Position numbers and translations under genes: made by a program | Source of the DNA: Raillietiella orientalis | Taxonomy: Eukaryota | Length of the DNA stretch: 64,000 nucleotides | Direction: 5' to 3' | Assembly (NCBI GenBank): GCA_036172245.1 | Contig: JAYWIR010000036.1 | Location: 992,001 to 1,056,000, forward strand | Shown: piece by piece, positions 23,800 to 36,247 of the stretch | Layout of the letters: each line of letters opens with the position of its first letter | How positions within the stretch are numbered: position 1 is the first letter of the stretch | The notes under the pieces: model-generated | The model's database searches: none | Told to the model about the DNA's origin: nothing | Seen by the model: only the letters and a program-made list of their open reading frames with translations

Positions 23800-25110
23800 G
23801 CGGAGATGCGCGCAGATGCCGTTTCACCTTATATAAATTGATTACTTTAATAAATAAATAACGTGCAAGCAGCGCCCATTTCGCACGCAGGGCATGCTCG
23901 CTCACTTGTCTGCAGGAGTAGGTAAGTACAGTGTGAGCCCTCGCGGATACGTGCCCCAGTCTTCCTTTTTTTTTCGGAAAAAAAAGGAAAAAGAAAGGAA
24001 AAAGAGGAGAGGAGGGGGGGGGGGAAGGAAGAAAACAAGTTGAATCATCTCCGAAAGTGCCCTTGCAAAATCTGCAGTGCTTTCCGAACAGAGTCTTGGA
24101 TCAACAGGAATAAGTCGGGAGGAGTAGAAATCCGGTTTAAAAATGGAAATCCCTACGTGTGAACCAGCAAGGAGCAACGACATCTGCAATGAATGCGTGC
24201 AAATCAGGAGACTGATCCCTCTCCTCTCTGGTATTATATCCTGTTTCTCATGATCATAAAAGCAAGAATGCAGCGTTTTTCATATTCAGTGGGATTTCTG
24301 GGTGCCCATTCCTATATAAAAAGGAAAAGAGAGAGAGAGAAGGGGGGGGGGGAAGAGGCAGAGGGGGGGAGGGCAGAGGAAAGCAGCAGCAGCAGCAGTA
24401 GCAGCAGAAGAAGAAGAACACTCGTTTGATGGAGCGCACATGATTACCGAATAAAGCATATTCTGGAACTACAAGTATGCATAAAGCTGTCAGGGAATTA
24501 TTAATTGCTGGGTCTTTCCGGACGAGAGCTGAACTTTGCTTTTCAGCAGCCTTTCGCTGTTTCGACACGTACTGTATCAATCTGAGTACATCTTCATTAT
24601 TCAATTAAGACTTGGATTCTGTAAATCATCGGATCATAAAACCATTCGGTTCGAGATCTCTCCTCTCGATCTGTGATAGCTTTATCTTACGAGTAGCAAT
24701 CGTGATAAACATACTTTAGTCCTCGCTGGAATGCTAAGTAATTCATACTGATGTTTTATTCATGGTGGCTGCATTCATATCAGGCGATAGATTCTGCGAG
24801 CGTATCTCATTATCCCGCATTACTGGAACACTGCTCGGAGTGAAATTAGATGTTTTCATGCCATGGAATCGATACTTGCACAACCCGACAGGAAGACGAC
24901 TCTTCATCTCCTGCTGCTAATTATCCTAAAAATAAAATACCTGACTCACCACCGAGCTATTGCTTATCTTCTGGTAAACGAATCCGAAAATAGAAGAAGC
25001 GCGCGCGGTGTTATTTTCGGCCGCCATCATTACCGCAGGACGGAGGCATCCGCAGCTTCCGCTGTAATCAGACACTAATGAAGTAATCAATTCTATAAAC
25101 ACGGAGATTA
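23800..25110. promoter_or_regulatory. Candidate cis-regulatory island
   Basis: AT-richer stretch with no recognisable TE motifs. It has TATATAAA at 23830 and 24313, GATCATAAAA twice (24252, 24632), TGTAAATCA (24620), CGTGTGAA (24156), many TAAT/ATTA cores, and GA and CAG repeats. Confidence 0.3.
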
Positions 25111-27825
25111 TTATTATTATTTTTTTTTTTTCCCCTCTTTTTTTTTCTTCTCTCGGTCGGGGAAGGATTTTCTTTCTTTCTTTTTTTTTTTTCCTCCTCG
25201 GGTGCAAGAAGGATGGAGGAGGGTTTCCTTCTTTTTGTGTGTGTGTGTGTGTTTTCGTCTTGTTGCTGCTGGGGCTCTCTTCCCCGTAGAAGACCAACAG
25301 GAAACGAGGAGGGGAAGGGAAAAAAAAAGTAAAATTGAAAAGAAAAAAAAAAAAAAAAAAACACGAAAAATGCAGCAGCATCTCGCCCTCGTTTCTATCC
25401 TTATTTAGACTCGCCTCTCTCTCCTCTCTCTCCTTTTCTTTCTCAGACCCCCGTTCACTGTTTTCACTCTGCTACTTGAAAAGAAATCCTCAGTAATGAA
25501 AAAGGGTTACTTTCCCTCTCTTCCGGGTAAAAATCACTCCCGAGTATCCCTTTTTTTCTAGATTTTTTCCTGTTCTTAAGAAGAAAAAAAATCTCGAGTG
25601 CAGCGAAGGAAAGCCGTTCCGTGTGTGTGCGGACTTCCCAAGGCAACCTGCAGAAGTCTGAAAGTGAATGATCACGTAAACCACAAATCGAGGACGCCAG
25701 ACGAAGGAGCCGCAGAGATGAAGGAGGTTTTCGAGAAGTTCAGGTGCGCCGCGGGTGACACGGTGCCAAGTAGTCACGTGGGTGTGGACCGTGGGTCGCC
25801 CACCATCGCCAGAGAGCCAGCCGAGTGTGCTACAGCGGATGAGCCGGCGGCGGCCAGGATTGGGATAGGTGCCACTGCCACCATCGGAAAGTGAGATGGC
25901 GGGAGAGCAGGCCAAGAGAGGACCTCATCGGGAGCAGGCGGCGCGCCCCTCGACCCCTGCACTCGTTCCCTGGGCAGGACGTCCCACTGGTGGGAAAGCT
26001 CCGACGGGGACCGCAAGAGCTGCCGGGGCGCGAGAACCCTCCCCGCGCCCGAGCTGGGGGAGGAGGGCGAGGTGCCTTTCTTCGGTCCACTTCCGGGTTG
26101 AGGAGGCATGGTGCGTGCGCAGCAGCTCAGAAGGCGCGACGCCGCAGCTCCGTCGAGGTGGCTCCCCCGGGAGGGAGGACTTGGGAAGCCGAGAGGAAGA
26201 GGGAGGAAGAAAAATCGCCTCCGGTTCCGGCAGACGAACATGGCGGGAGGCGCCGCCCTCTGAAAAGCGATAGGAGCCGTGCTGCTGGATGCCACCGCCC
26301 CCCTGCGGCGCTCCTCAGATCCGGCAGGTCACCCGGCCACGTGACGTCAGAGACTCGCTGCTGGCTGCGCGGCGCGCGCGCTCTTCATAGCTATGGGCGA
26401 CCCCTCCGGACAGGTTTGCGGAGGCCACCCTTCCGTCCGAAGGAGAGGGGGAGCAGCGGGGCGGCCTCAAATGGAGCTCTCCGGGAGGAAGGCGAGTGTT
26501 GAAGGGGAGAGGGCTTTTTCCCTTCCCCCCACCCGGATGCCTCCAGAAGTTGCTCCTCCTCCCGGAAAGGAGGAGGAGGAGGAGGAAAAGTGCGCCCGAA
26601 GCTGTCGCGCCACTCCCTCCTACTCGCGCTCTCCGAGAGCACCAGGAGGAGAGACGGGCAGTCGGGGAGTTCTGTTCGGCAGCCCTCCCCCTGGGAGCGG
26701 TCACTGCAGGAGCAGCATCTCTCCCGGTGCATCCGGTCCGCCTTCCTCTCCCTCCTCCTCTCCAATCCCTCCTCGTCCCGGCCGAGCGGAGGGGCCGCGG
26801 GGGGCATCGGAGCGCGCTTACCCTTCGGGCGCTGCAGGCGGCGGTTCACTTGGGGGGAGGGTCGGCATCCGAAAGGCACAGTGGTGGCGTACGGCTGCTA
26901 GCCCTCCCCTGCCTTCTCCCCTCCTCTTGGGAGTCCGCCGCCGTGATCCCCCCCCCCCCCCAAGCGCGTTTTTTTTTTTACGCAGGGCCGCGCAGAGGTC
27001 ACCTCAAGGTTGGTACATGAGAAACGCAAGGTCGCTGCTCTGACCACTCCTCTAGCTCATCCCAGCAGGAAAGCCCCCGTTCGGATCCGGGACCCCACTC
27101 TCCCACCGAAGGGCAGAGGCCTCAGCCTCGCGGCCCGACCAGCGGGAGGCCACCTTCCCTCCGTTACACCGGAGGACACATCAAATCTCCATCTTTCAGC
27201 CCAAGGCCCCTCCCGGTGCTGGCGACCGCGCCTGAGGGCAGTGGTAAGAGGACGCCTTGGTGCACCCGGTGCTCCGCCACCGCCGTCGCGTGCTGCACAT
27301 GAAGAGACCGGCACGGGGCGCTTCATGCATGACGGAAGATGAAGGGGGGGAGGAGAGGAGGAAGGGAAGAGGAGTACAAGGGGAGGTGGTCTTTCGGACC
27401 GGATGACTGTCGAAGGCAGTGTGGGGGCAGACCTGCGAGCGGGTTGCCGGACCCCCTGCGTCCAGGGATAGGGGGTCGTTCTCGGCTCCTCCTCCCTTCC
27501 GCGATGCGAAAGAAGAACGGAAGGGGGTGGTCCTGAGGCTGAGGAGAAGAGGAAGCGGAAGATCCGACCCAGAGCATGCGGGCGGTGGGGATGCTAGGCG
27601 GGACGCGGAAGAACAGGGCCAGGATGGGCCAGGCACGCGCGCGCGGGAGAGCGCCTGCGCTCCCAGGAGCGGCCGGGGAAGAAGCGGCGCATCCCGGAAG
27701 CGAGCAGCAGCCTCCTCCCAAGTCTAGGAGACGAGTCGGTTTCCGGGCTCTACTCTTCATTCCAGGCGACCCCCCGGACTGGATATGTCCTCCTGCGGCC
27801 GCTGGCTCGAGAGACGGGCACTCGC

Positions 27826-28494
27826 TTGGAACTCACCCGGGGCCGGCTGGCAAAAGAAGCTCCGCAAAGCGCCTCGCCGACGCAGCGGGTAACCATGGTG
27901 ACGGACGGCAGTGGGAAGCGAAGCGGCGGGGGGAACGAAAACCCCAAGTGCGAAGAGGAAACTGGGCCGCGTTCCCCGGCACGGTTCCAGCTCCCGCTTT
28001 TCTTCGCCTCTTCGATTGCAAGAGCCGTCCCGACTTCTCGAGGCGGTTGCCCCGGCAACGGCAAGTTCGCGACCGCTCTCATGTATCCTCGGCAGCGACG
28101 AAGAATTATGGAGATCGTAAAAAGGATGGCGCCCTTCTCGGCGGCTGCACATACATCTCGGATGCCCCCCCACCTGTCCCTCCCCCTGGTACAGCTCCTT
28201 GCCCCCAGGACCCTGGATCCTCCCTCCCCTTCCCCCTCTTCCCTCCTCCTGCTTCCGGATGGCCCTCCGAAAGGATTCCGTCCCCCAGTGCCGCACACAC
28301 ACACCCGCTTCCCCCGGGGACTCGATCCGGAGCCACCCCACGTGACCGGGATAATCGCGGCGTTCCCGGGATGGCAGGGAGGGTGCGGGGTACACAGCTT
28401 CCCTGACCGACCCAGAGAGGAGGCTTGCCTCCCGATCCCCATCCCCTCCCTCTCCCTCGACGGGAGCGGCCGGGATGGACACGTCAGAGTTTGA
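27826..28494 (+). mobile_element. L1/Tx1 ORF2 linker relic
   Basis: GNGKFATALMYPRQRRRIMEI (cf. G..NTKFF...R.R..I..L) and LDPEPPHVTGIIAAFPG (cf. L..PIT..EI..A). Confidence 0.4.
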
Positions 28495-28748
28495 TCGATA
28501 CCAGCCAAGGGAGCGGGAGCGCGGAGAAACTTTGCTGCAGATGAAGCCGTCTTCACCGGGAGAGTGCGAGGAGCATCCCGCCTCCTCCTCCGCGCTCCAC
28601 GACCTAAAACCCCGCTAAGACGAGCTCCCAGTTTAGGAGCGCATCCCGGGGGCGGCCATCACCTCCCACTTCCCTCTCGACTACCACCCCTGAAGGATGC
28701 AGTCGGACGACCGGGTCGGCTCCTCTGAAGAAATGTTTAGATCGGCGT

Positions 28749-29864
28749 CCTCAGAGTTATGAGGCCTGGCGAACACCCGTGGCGTTCTCAGCGTGGCCAT
28801 ACGGCGATGGGGTCGCGCCCTCAAACGGCTGGGCGCGGCAGCGCGCGCGGACGTCCAACCAGAACGCATCCTGAGACCCCCCTCCCCCTGCTGATGCTAG
28901 AGGCACGTGCGGCGACGAAGGACGTGCGCCCGCATCAGGGACCGCGCGCCACAGAGGTGCGGGTCGCCGCCGGCAGCCTCGGCTCCGGAACCACGAGAGG
29001 GAGCAGCTGCTTTGGGAGGCTGCTCGCGCCGAGGCCACCTCCGTGCCAGGGGCAAAGGAAGGCCGGCAAAGAGACGCCGCGGACGGGCTCGCGGAAGGCA
29101 CAGGCATCGTGGCGGAGGCTGGTGGACACCGTCGGTGGAGAGAGAGGGTGATCGAAAGCGCCACCAAGGGGTGGGCGACCCTGGACGCCCACCTGGAGAA
29201 CCTGCAGGAAGAACGTGGAAGCCGCCACGAGTCCGAGGCAGACGCGCACCGGCCGTGGCAACGAAGCTTCTGCGAAGAAGTTCCGGCCGCCCAAAGCGCA
29301 CGCTTCCGGCAGACGGCACTGCTGCGTCTGGCGAGCGCGGAGGCAACTGCCAGCGGCGGCGTCTGCTGTTGCTGCTGGTGCTGCGGATGCTGTCCGGCTT
29401 CCCGTTCCGGCTGGTGACCGAGGAGGGGTAGGAAACGCCCCGTCCCGCGTACGCTGCGGAGCTCCAGCGCGCTTGGCCTGCGCCGAAGACGCGCGCTTTT
29501 TCCCTCTCCTGCTGCTCCTCCTCTTCTTGGAAGAGGTGGAGGAAGAGAGGAAAGGAGAAGGAGTCGGGGGAAGGAGGAGGAGGAAGAAGAAGGGAGGGAG
29601 AGAAGGAGGAGAGAGGAAGTGGACGAGGAAGGGAAGAGGAAGGGAGGAGGAGGGTGTCTCCTCGGGACTTGGCCACTTTTCGCATCCCGCGATCTCCAGG
29701 AGCCTCACCGCCCGGGCCGGTGCCCCCGAGCAAGAAGAGGGGAGGTGCCAGCCGTGCTTGGTCGCACTGTGCTGCCCATCTTGCGAGGAGGCGCGTCGAG
29801 GGCGCCGGCTTGGCCCTCCTTCCTAAGCACCCGGGTCTGATGGAAGTTTCGAGTCGACTCCCGG
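28749..29864 (+). repeat. 1116-bp direct duplication, copy B
   Basis: Near-identical to 6765-7880. Confidence 0.97.
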
Positions 29865-29999
29865 GATAGGTTGTTTGCAGGTCATCGCTTTCCGCGTTCC
29901 TGTTTGTGGGTCTCCTCTTTGACTTGTTGCACGAAGTCCTGATGACCACTGATAATGAATGACCAGTATGCGATGTTTGAGTGTCCGCTGCCCTATTCG

Positions 30000-31172
30000 G
30001 ATCCGCTTTTGCTCATGCATCCGTCATTGAATGGGAAATGACTTACGACATCATCCCACGCAGGACTCTGCCTTTAGCTGATAGGGGTGCTTTTCAGTGA
30101 GGGAACTGCCCTCCCTGCGCTAGACAAGGTGGATCCTGGAGGAGAAATTACGTCGCGTGGTGTGATCGAAGGGAAAATTCTCGGTCGTATTTTGACATCC
30201 TGTGTCGGTGTCTAGCGTGTTTGCATGGGAATTGGGCGCCCCAAGACCTACCACCCAGATCTTCTTGTAGGCCACTACTTGCGTCGCAGCAAACCTTTTG
30301 AACACATTTCAGGGCATGACCACCCTCAGGCCTGAGTCTGCAAGTAAGGATAATAGTCTTCTATCTCATTTCCGGGAGCTGCCCAGGGAAGCTCCGGAAG
30401 GATTGGTCAGGCGGTTGCCGACAGCTCTCAACAGACGCCAGCGTCGAAGTTGTCTCTTTATCTGGTGGACCCACGGGGGCAGGAGACACGAGGGCACTCA
30501 CAGTTTGCTCTTATTTAAGCTGCTTCCTCTCTGCCGACTGCACCAGTCTTGACCATCTCATCTTGGTCGCAAGCGTCTGGTGACACACGAGGATGCACGC
30601 CAGACTGGAAGTTTCCTTGACCGTGGAGCGATGTGCAGCTTCCCAACATGGGACTGCAGGTTGCTTTGGCTCTGTGGTAACTCCTGAAGAGGATGATGGG
30701 GAAGTGAAGGCCAAGAAAGAAGTGACTCCGGGCGGAAGAGACTGGAGGCGAAGAGGAGCGAATTCGGACCACCTTGCCCAGCATCTCCTCAAAGATGACT
30801 TTGGGGGCGGAAGGGTGGGGACTGACGCGCAACCGCAGCGCCCCAAGTGCAAGTTGTGAACTGCAGAGAGGGAGGAAGAACGACAAGTTCACGTTCCTCT
30901 CGTGCAAAAAGGAAAAGGAGCTGATGAGTCCATTTCCTGAGTTGCTAGGCACCCTGAACATCACCCCCCATCCGAGAGGGTGCATCGAGAAGGCGAGCGC
31001 GGCTCTCTCCTCCCTCTCAGGCGCCGGGGGGCCCCACCTCGACCTAAGGGGGCATCTGTCTCTCGTGAGAAGGGAAGAACCGCTCCCTTCCTCCCCTCTT
31101 CCTCCCCACTCCCGCGTCCGAGACAGCCCATTCAAAAGCTCCGAAATGCGTCTTCCTGGGGAAGACTTCTGA
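30000..31172 (+). mobile_element. L1/Tx1 ORF2 relic: APE endonuclease plus linker
   Basis: In order: VDPGG (cf. D..GR), LFIWW (cf. FTW), SLDHL (cf. SDH), DWKF (cf. WK.N), RGRKNDKF (cf. GE.NTKFF), LPGEDF (cf. SPG.DG). Confidence 0.55.
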
Positions 31173-31989
31173 TCGTTCCGAATCCGTGCTCGAACGATGT
31201 CGTCCCGAACTGGCCAACAGCGATGGTGATGATGCCTCGCTGCCAGATTTCGGATGCGGCGCCATTGCTCTCCGTGGGCCAATGCGAGCAGGAACGCAGA
31301 GGACTCCTGCGTTTGCAAGAGTGACGTCACAGGCTGCTGTCGAACAACGAAGGATGCGGCGTCTCTTTCGAGACTCGATGACGCCTGCGATCTGCACAGA
31401 CTGACACGAGCGTTCGTTACAAACTCGTATAGGAGACACCGTGATGTGCTGGATGCTGTGCTGTCGTCGCACTGGTTCCATCTGTTGTTGCTGCGTTGCA
31501 AGAAGCAAACAGGAGCTTCGCTCTTCTTTTTTCCATGTGGGTCCATTCCGCTGTTACCAGGAGAAAACGAAATTGTTTTCTTTTTTTTTCTCCTTCTTCT
31601 TCCTTTTTTCCTCCCTTCTTCCCGCCGTCCGAGTTTCGCATCGGATGCGCGCAGAGGCTCGAAAACTGGGCGTGCTCCGCCGCCCAGGATGCAGAGCGAA
31701 CCTCACCGCAAGTTGCGCGCGCACTTTTCAGTTTTCATCGTTCTTGGAGACACTCGCATCTTGGCAGCTCTGCCGCCCGCTCTGTGTCCATCTTCCCCGC
31801 CTTGATGCGCTGCGTTCCATCGATCAGCCTCCCTGTTCGGTTGATGATTCCGGCACGCTCCTCCGCGGACGCTGGGGTGCACTGAAATCCGCTCCCAAAG
31901 CACTCAACGAGGGAATCAGCGAACTCTTCGTCCCGCTCGGGCTTCCCGAGATCCTTGTAATTTTCCTCACGCTTCCTTCATTTTTCATT

Positions 31990-32866
31990 ACAGTCATCTG
32001 GAGGTCTCGGCGAGAAGATTCCGACCGAGGAATCTCATGGGGACTCTTCCATCAGGCCGCAGAGCGTGGTAAGCTTGGAATCTCGGCGGGAGAATGGTCC
32101 CTCCAAAGGCACTGGGATGAGCTTCTGGGAATCCCGCAGAAAGACCTCGATTGACCCCCAGCGCTGAAGAACAACCGGACCCTCCCCCTGAAGTGGCAGG
32201 AGTCGGCACTTCTGCTGCTACACCGGGGTCTCCCGTGCAACGCACGCCGGTCTCGCTGGACACGGGGGGCTGTGAATCCGAACTGTTGCAGGAGCGGGGA
32301 ATGGAAATCCCAGCTCCCGCACCTGCTCATAGACTGTTTTGCCCTCCGGTCCCTGTGGCTCCTCTACGCAACGGTCGCTGATGCACCGACGGACAATCTC
32401 AGGGACCTGATGAAGCGCCTCTTCGTGCGCGATGCCCTCTCGAGTGCCGCATCCCCAGTAGTTCCTTTCTGCTGCCTGCGCAGAGCCTGGAGCCAGGAGA
32501 GAGGAGGACGGCGTGACAGAAACGCCATCCACTTTGCCCTGCGCTTCCTGCGGACGGCAGCTACATGGTCCCAACTGGGGCACACTCGGATGGAACTTGC
32601 CGGCATTCTGGAAAGGATGCAGAGGGCGCCCTTCAGCGGACTATGATCCCTTCTCGTGCCCTCCCAGAGTGTTTTTTTTTTATTATTGATTTTTATTTTA
32701 TATTTATTTTTGCCCTCCCTCCCCCCCCTCTCCGCTGCAGAGGTGAACCTCTCCGGTCTGCATAGCGGTTACTCGGCAGGTTCCGAACATTTTCGGACGT
32801 TACAGGGCCGATGACCCTACATCTTCTTTTTTATTATTTTTATAGTAAATTCCCCGGCGTTACCGG
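31990..32866 (+). mobile_element. Tx1-like 3' fragment (zf-RVT/CCHC to 3' terminus)
   Basis: LGIPQKDL..NNRTLPLKWQ..LPCNARR..NPNCCRSGEW..LPHLLIDCFALRSLW..KRLFVRDAL..LAGILERMQRAP* is clearly homologous to 35430-35972. It ends agtaaa..ccggcgttaccgg. Confidence 0.85.
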
Positions 32867-34051
32867 ATTATAATTCGAAGATGCAGGAAGCTTTTCCGCC
32901 GGATCGGTTCCTCGACGGCATCGGCATGCTCTTCCTCGCGTCGTTTCAAAGGCCATGGTTTTTGATTTCCTGCTTCCAGGAAGCTCGCGACTCTCTTCCA
33001 TCTTTTCCCGTGCAAGAACGCAGTAAGCATACTCGGGTCTCAACGCTCCAGATCAGTTTCAGGATAAGCGGTTCTCAACGCGATGCATCCTCAGGGCCTC
33101 TCGGAACGCTCACTAATGCTCCAGCTTCTTTCCGGATCATTAGCTCGAACACCGAAGGGTGAAGGGGCTGTCGGTCCGGGCGATGACGGACGACCTTCCT
33201 CCCCCGTGAAAATTGGCCCCCTTCGTTTATTTTGAAGTTCATGGGAAGGAAAAGAAAGATGCGCTCTCCACGTGCCTCCACGACACCCGAGTCAGGAAGT
33301 GGCTGCATCGCGTTCCTTAAAGTCGGCTGTGCCGACCAGCTGAGGAACCGCCTGATGCGACCGATGCGACGCTGGGATAAGAGGGAGTGACCCCTTGGGG
33401 TTGCGAGTGGCATGACCAAGATCGCCTTCGCTGAGGGTCATGGACTTGAACCACGTGGCAAGGAGTCGCCCATGAGCTGGTCTGGAGCAGTGCTCCGGAG
33501 GCCTTAGATGAAAGCGAAAGCCAAACCGATGGTCCCTGGGCTGCTTCCACTCTCCCTTTGAAGGAATCCCCGGCAACTTCTGTCAAGGCAGCAGCTGAGG
33601 GACGGGTTGTTCCTCTTTAAAGAGGGCGGTCGAGGGGCACGGAGAGGAGAGACACGAAAAACATCCCGTAGAGTTTGCAGGTCACCAAGGACGTGATGAA
33701 AGATCAGTGAGAGCGACAGAGATGTTCCCACTAATTTAACATCACGAGCGAAAATCGTACAGAGACGAACAAATGTGCACTCATGGCCCCCCTCCAAAAA
33801 AGGGTCTCAGCTTTACGGCAGACTTCTTGCAAGGGCAAAAGCAAGCAGGGTTCCTCCTGACAACGTTTCTCTCGGCCCGAACCATTGCAGGACATATTTG
33901 GACTATCCGGAGGATGACAATTTGCGTGGTCAACATACATTCCGAAGATGTGCAGAGTTCATCCCGAGGTGGTTGAAATTTATCCGCCTTGGCATCGGGT
34001 CCATCAGCTGCAGGAGACGCGCGAGGATTCCACGAAACTCTCGAGTTTCAT
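32867..34051 (-). mobile_element. L1/Tx1 ORF2 5' relic: endonuclease, linker and RT start
   Basis: ATG at 34051, then SWNPRA (cf. SWN.RG), TIFA (cf. NVYAP), VLGDLQ (cf. GDFN), ARGERIFLF and KLPASSN. Confidence 0.6.
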
Positions 34052-34279
34052 AAACCACCTAAGCAAGAATCGTGCGATCTTTTCAGATCCTCAAATCCCA
34101 GCTATTTATCCTTTTAGCCCTTTTTTTTTTGTTTTCGGGATTTCTGGGGGGGGAAGGAGACGCAAAGTGCCGAAGAGCTGTTCGTCTCCTTGAAGGGTGA
34201 GAGGTGGACAGACGAAGCTCAACACCGTCCTCCCGGAGGCGCGTGTAGTTCGTCAAGGAACTACATTACATACAATCGT

Positions 34280-34624
34280 TCGTTCACCGGGAGGAAGCCA
34301 CCCTTTAATTGCATGAGGGCTCAACAGCGGCAAGGGATTCCGCTCCTCTCTTTCGTTTGGTAGGGGAACGCAGAATCCTTGCCCTGGTTGCCTCCGGAGA
34401 GAACCCCGAAGGGACGCTTCCCAATTTTCTCCAAAGGGCGCTCTTTACACTGTGGAGAGGAACCTTCCAAGGGAGATATCCAGCTCCAGGGACCGTCTCC
34501 ATTTTCACAACCGGATGGGAAGCCCGAAGGACTCACTAATTCCTGGAAGGACCCCGGAGGATCAACTTCCCATCCCGGCCACTCAACAGCGGCATCCGGT
34601 TTCCGGATTCCACCAGTGCCACCG
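34280..34624 (-). mobile_element. tRNA-derived SINE, 3' half (partner of 36197-36380)
   Basis: The reverse complement aligns to 1720-1990 (tggccggga..cctccggggtcc..ccagga; ggagctggata; cctctcca.agtg). It begins where the 5' half stops. Confidence 0.75.
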
Positions 34625-34629
34625 AAACA

Positions 34630-36196
34630 GGTGCAACGCTTCCTGCAGGCACTCCAAAGAGGCAGGTTTTATTTGCCGGAACGGACCGCGGTGTGGCACC
34701 TCTCCTATGCCCACTGCTTTTTCTTTGCCCCTCGACATGTGGCACTAGGAAGCGGATAAAGGACCTCCTCCGGATCGCCCTCGGGGGCAAAGGGTGGCTC
34801 TGAGTCCGTCTAAAGGACTTGTGTGATCAGCACAGGGACAGCGGTCTAGGTCTCCTGACGCGGGAGCGAATGCAGCTGCAGCTCCAGTTTCGAACGCTTG
34901 ACCTTGAGGAAAAATCATGGAGCACCACCTGGTGCCAGCCTTCACGTCTTCTGGTTCAGCAAGCCACCGGCAGCGTGAGATTCGCGTCCTTCCTTGCGCG
35001 CCGTCCGTGCGGTCTCATACACGGCGGACTGCATCTGAGGCAGGTGGCCACGTTGGCGAGGAAAAACGGATGGATCTCGTGGCGCCTTGAGAACGGTAAT
35101 GTCTGGTTGCAGGGAACCGTTCTCACGTGGACGAGTATCTAGGAGCCAAGAGCGGAACAGGTCCGACGTTCCCTGTACGCGCGTAACAACAAGTGCACGC
35201 TCCGGGAGATCCTGGAAGATCCCGCGAAGAGTACACGGGCAAGCAGAACCTCCCTAGAAGCCGTGCTGACCCCCCTTAGGGAACACATGGGCAGCAGCCT
35301 TGCGGCTAGATGGGAGGTTACCGTGGAAATCTCCGAAAGGAGGAAAGGACTGGGCGAGTGGACGACGGGCCAGCTCACCGACGCTGAGATCCCCATTGCT
35401 CGACCTCGTGGACTTTTGCACCGGGGCGTGCAACTGGGTATTCCGAAGGAAGACCTGCAGTGTTCCCCGGTGCTCATGAACACCCGCACCCTCCCCTCTC
35501 AAAGTGGCAGGACGTCGACATTGATGCTTCTGCGCTGGAGCCTCCCGTGCAATGCCCGCCGGCAGCTGTGGACACGGGAGGGAGGGATGGACCCGAACTG
35601 TGCCAGGTGAGGGGAGTGGGAATCCCTTCCGCACCTCCTAGAGGACTGCGTTGCCCTCCGGTCCCTTTGGGGACGCTTGGCCACGACCCTTGTAACCCCC
35701 GGAGGCAACACCAGAGACGATGTGAAGCGACTCTTCCTGCGCGACGCCCTCATCCCTGCCGCATCCCCAGCAGCACTTTGCTGCCTTCGCGGGATCGTGG
35801 CTGCACGGAGCAACAGCTCCAGAAAAGGCCAGGACGACAGGGACGCCATATCGCTATTTTGCTATCCTCTTCATGAGGACAGCATTCAAGATGGCCCCAT
35901 CTGGGAGTCTTGAAACAGGAACTTTCCGGCATCCTTACAAGGATGCAGAGGACACCCTCCAGCACACAGTGATCCCTTCCCGAAACCCATATTTTTTTCC
36001 CATCCCTATTTTTTTTTGTTTTATGTTTCTCTTTTTGTTTGTCCCCTCCCCCCTTCTGGTGCCGAGGAAAACACGCTGGTCTGAGTGCCAGTTCCCGGCA
36101 AGTTCCTTCTCTCAGTTATAAGTAACGTGGCAGGATCAAATGTCCTGCCACAGACGTGGATGTTTAGTTGCTAAATAAACGTACTGGCGTGACCGG
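34630..36196 (+). mobile_element. 5'-truncated Tx1-like LINE (post-RT region, CCHC knuckle, 3' UTR)
   Basis: HGGLHLRQ (cf. GGL.L), then LPCNARRQLW..C-A-R-*-G-E-W-E-S-L-P-H-L-L-E-D-C, a CX2CX7HX4C at 35599-35649 with one Cys mutated to TGA. Stop at 35972, hairpin 36127-36151, AATAAA 36174-36179, terminal ctggcgtgaccgg. The 5' boundary is approximate. Confidence 0.85.
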
Positions 36197-36247
36197 GTGT
36201 CAACCAGTGTCTCCGCGTCCGAATAGGCCAATCAGAGCCATCCTGCG
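35922..36247. repeat. ~326-bp inverted duplication of 10237-10563
   Basis: Manual alignment gives about 10 differences, roughly 97% identity. Confidence 0.95.

Noticed and set aside
25598..25894. 98-aa ORF with a protein-like segment (EMKEVFEKFRC)
   Set aside because: No recognisable domain, a GTG start, and no supported exon structure.
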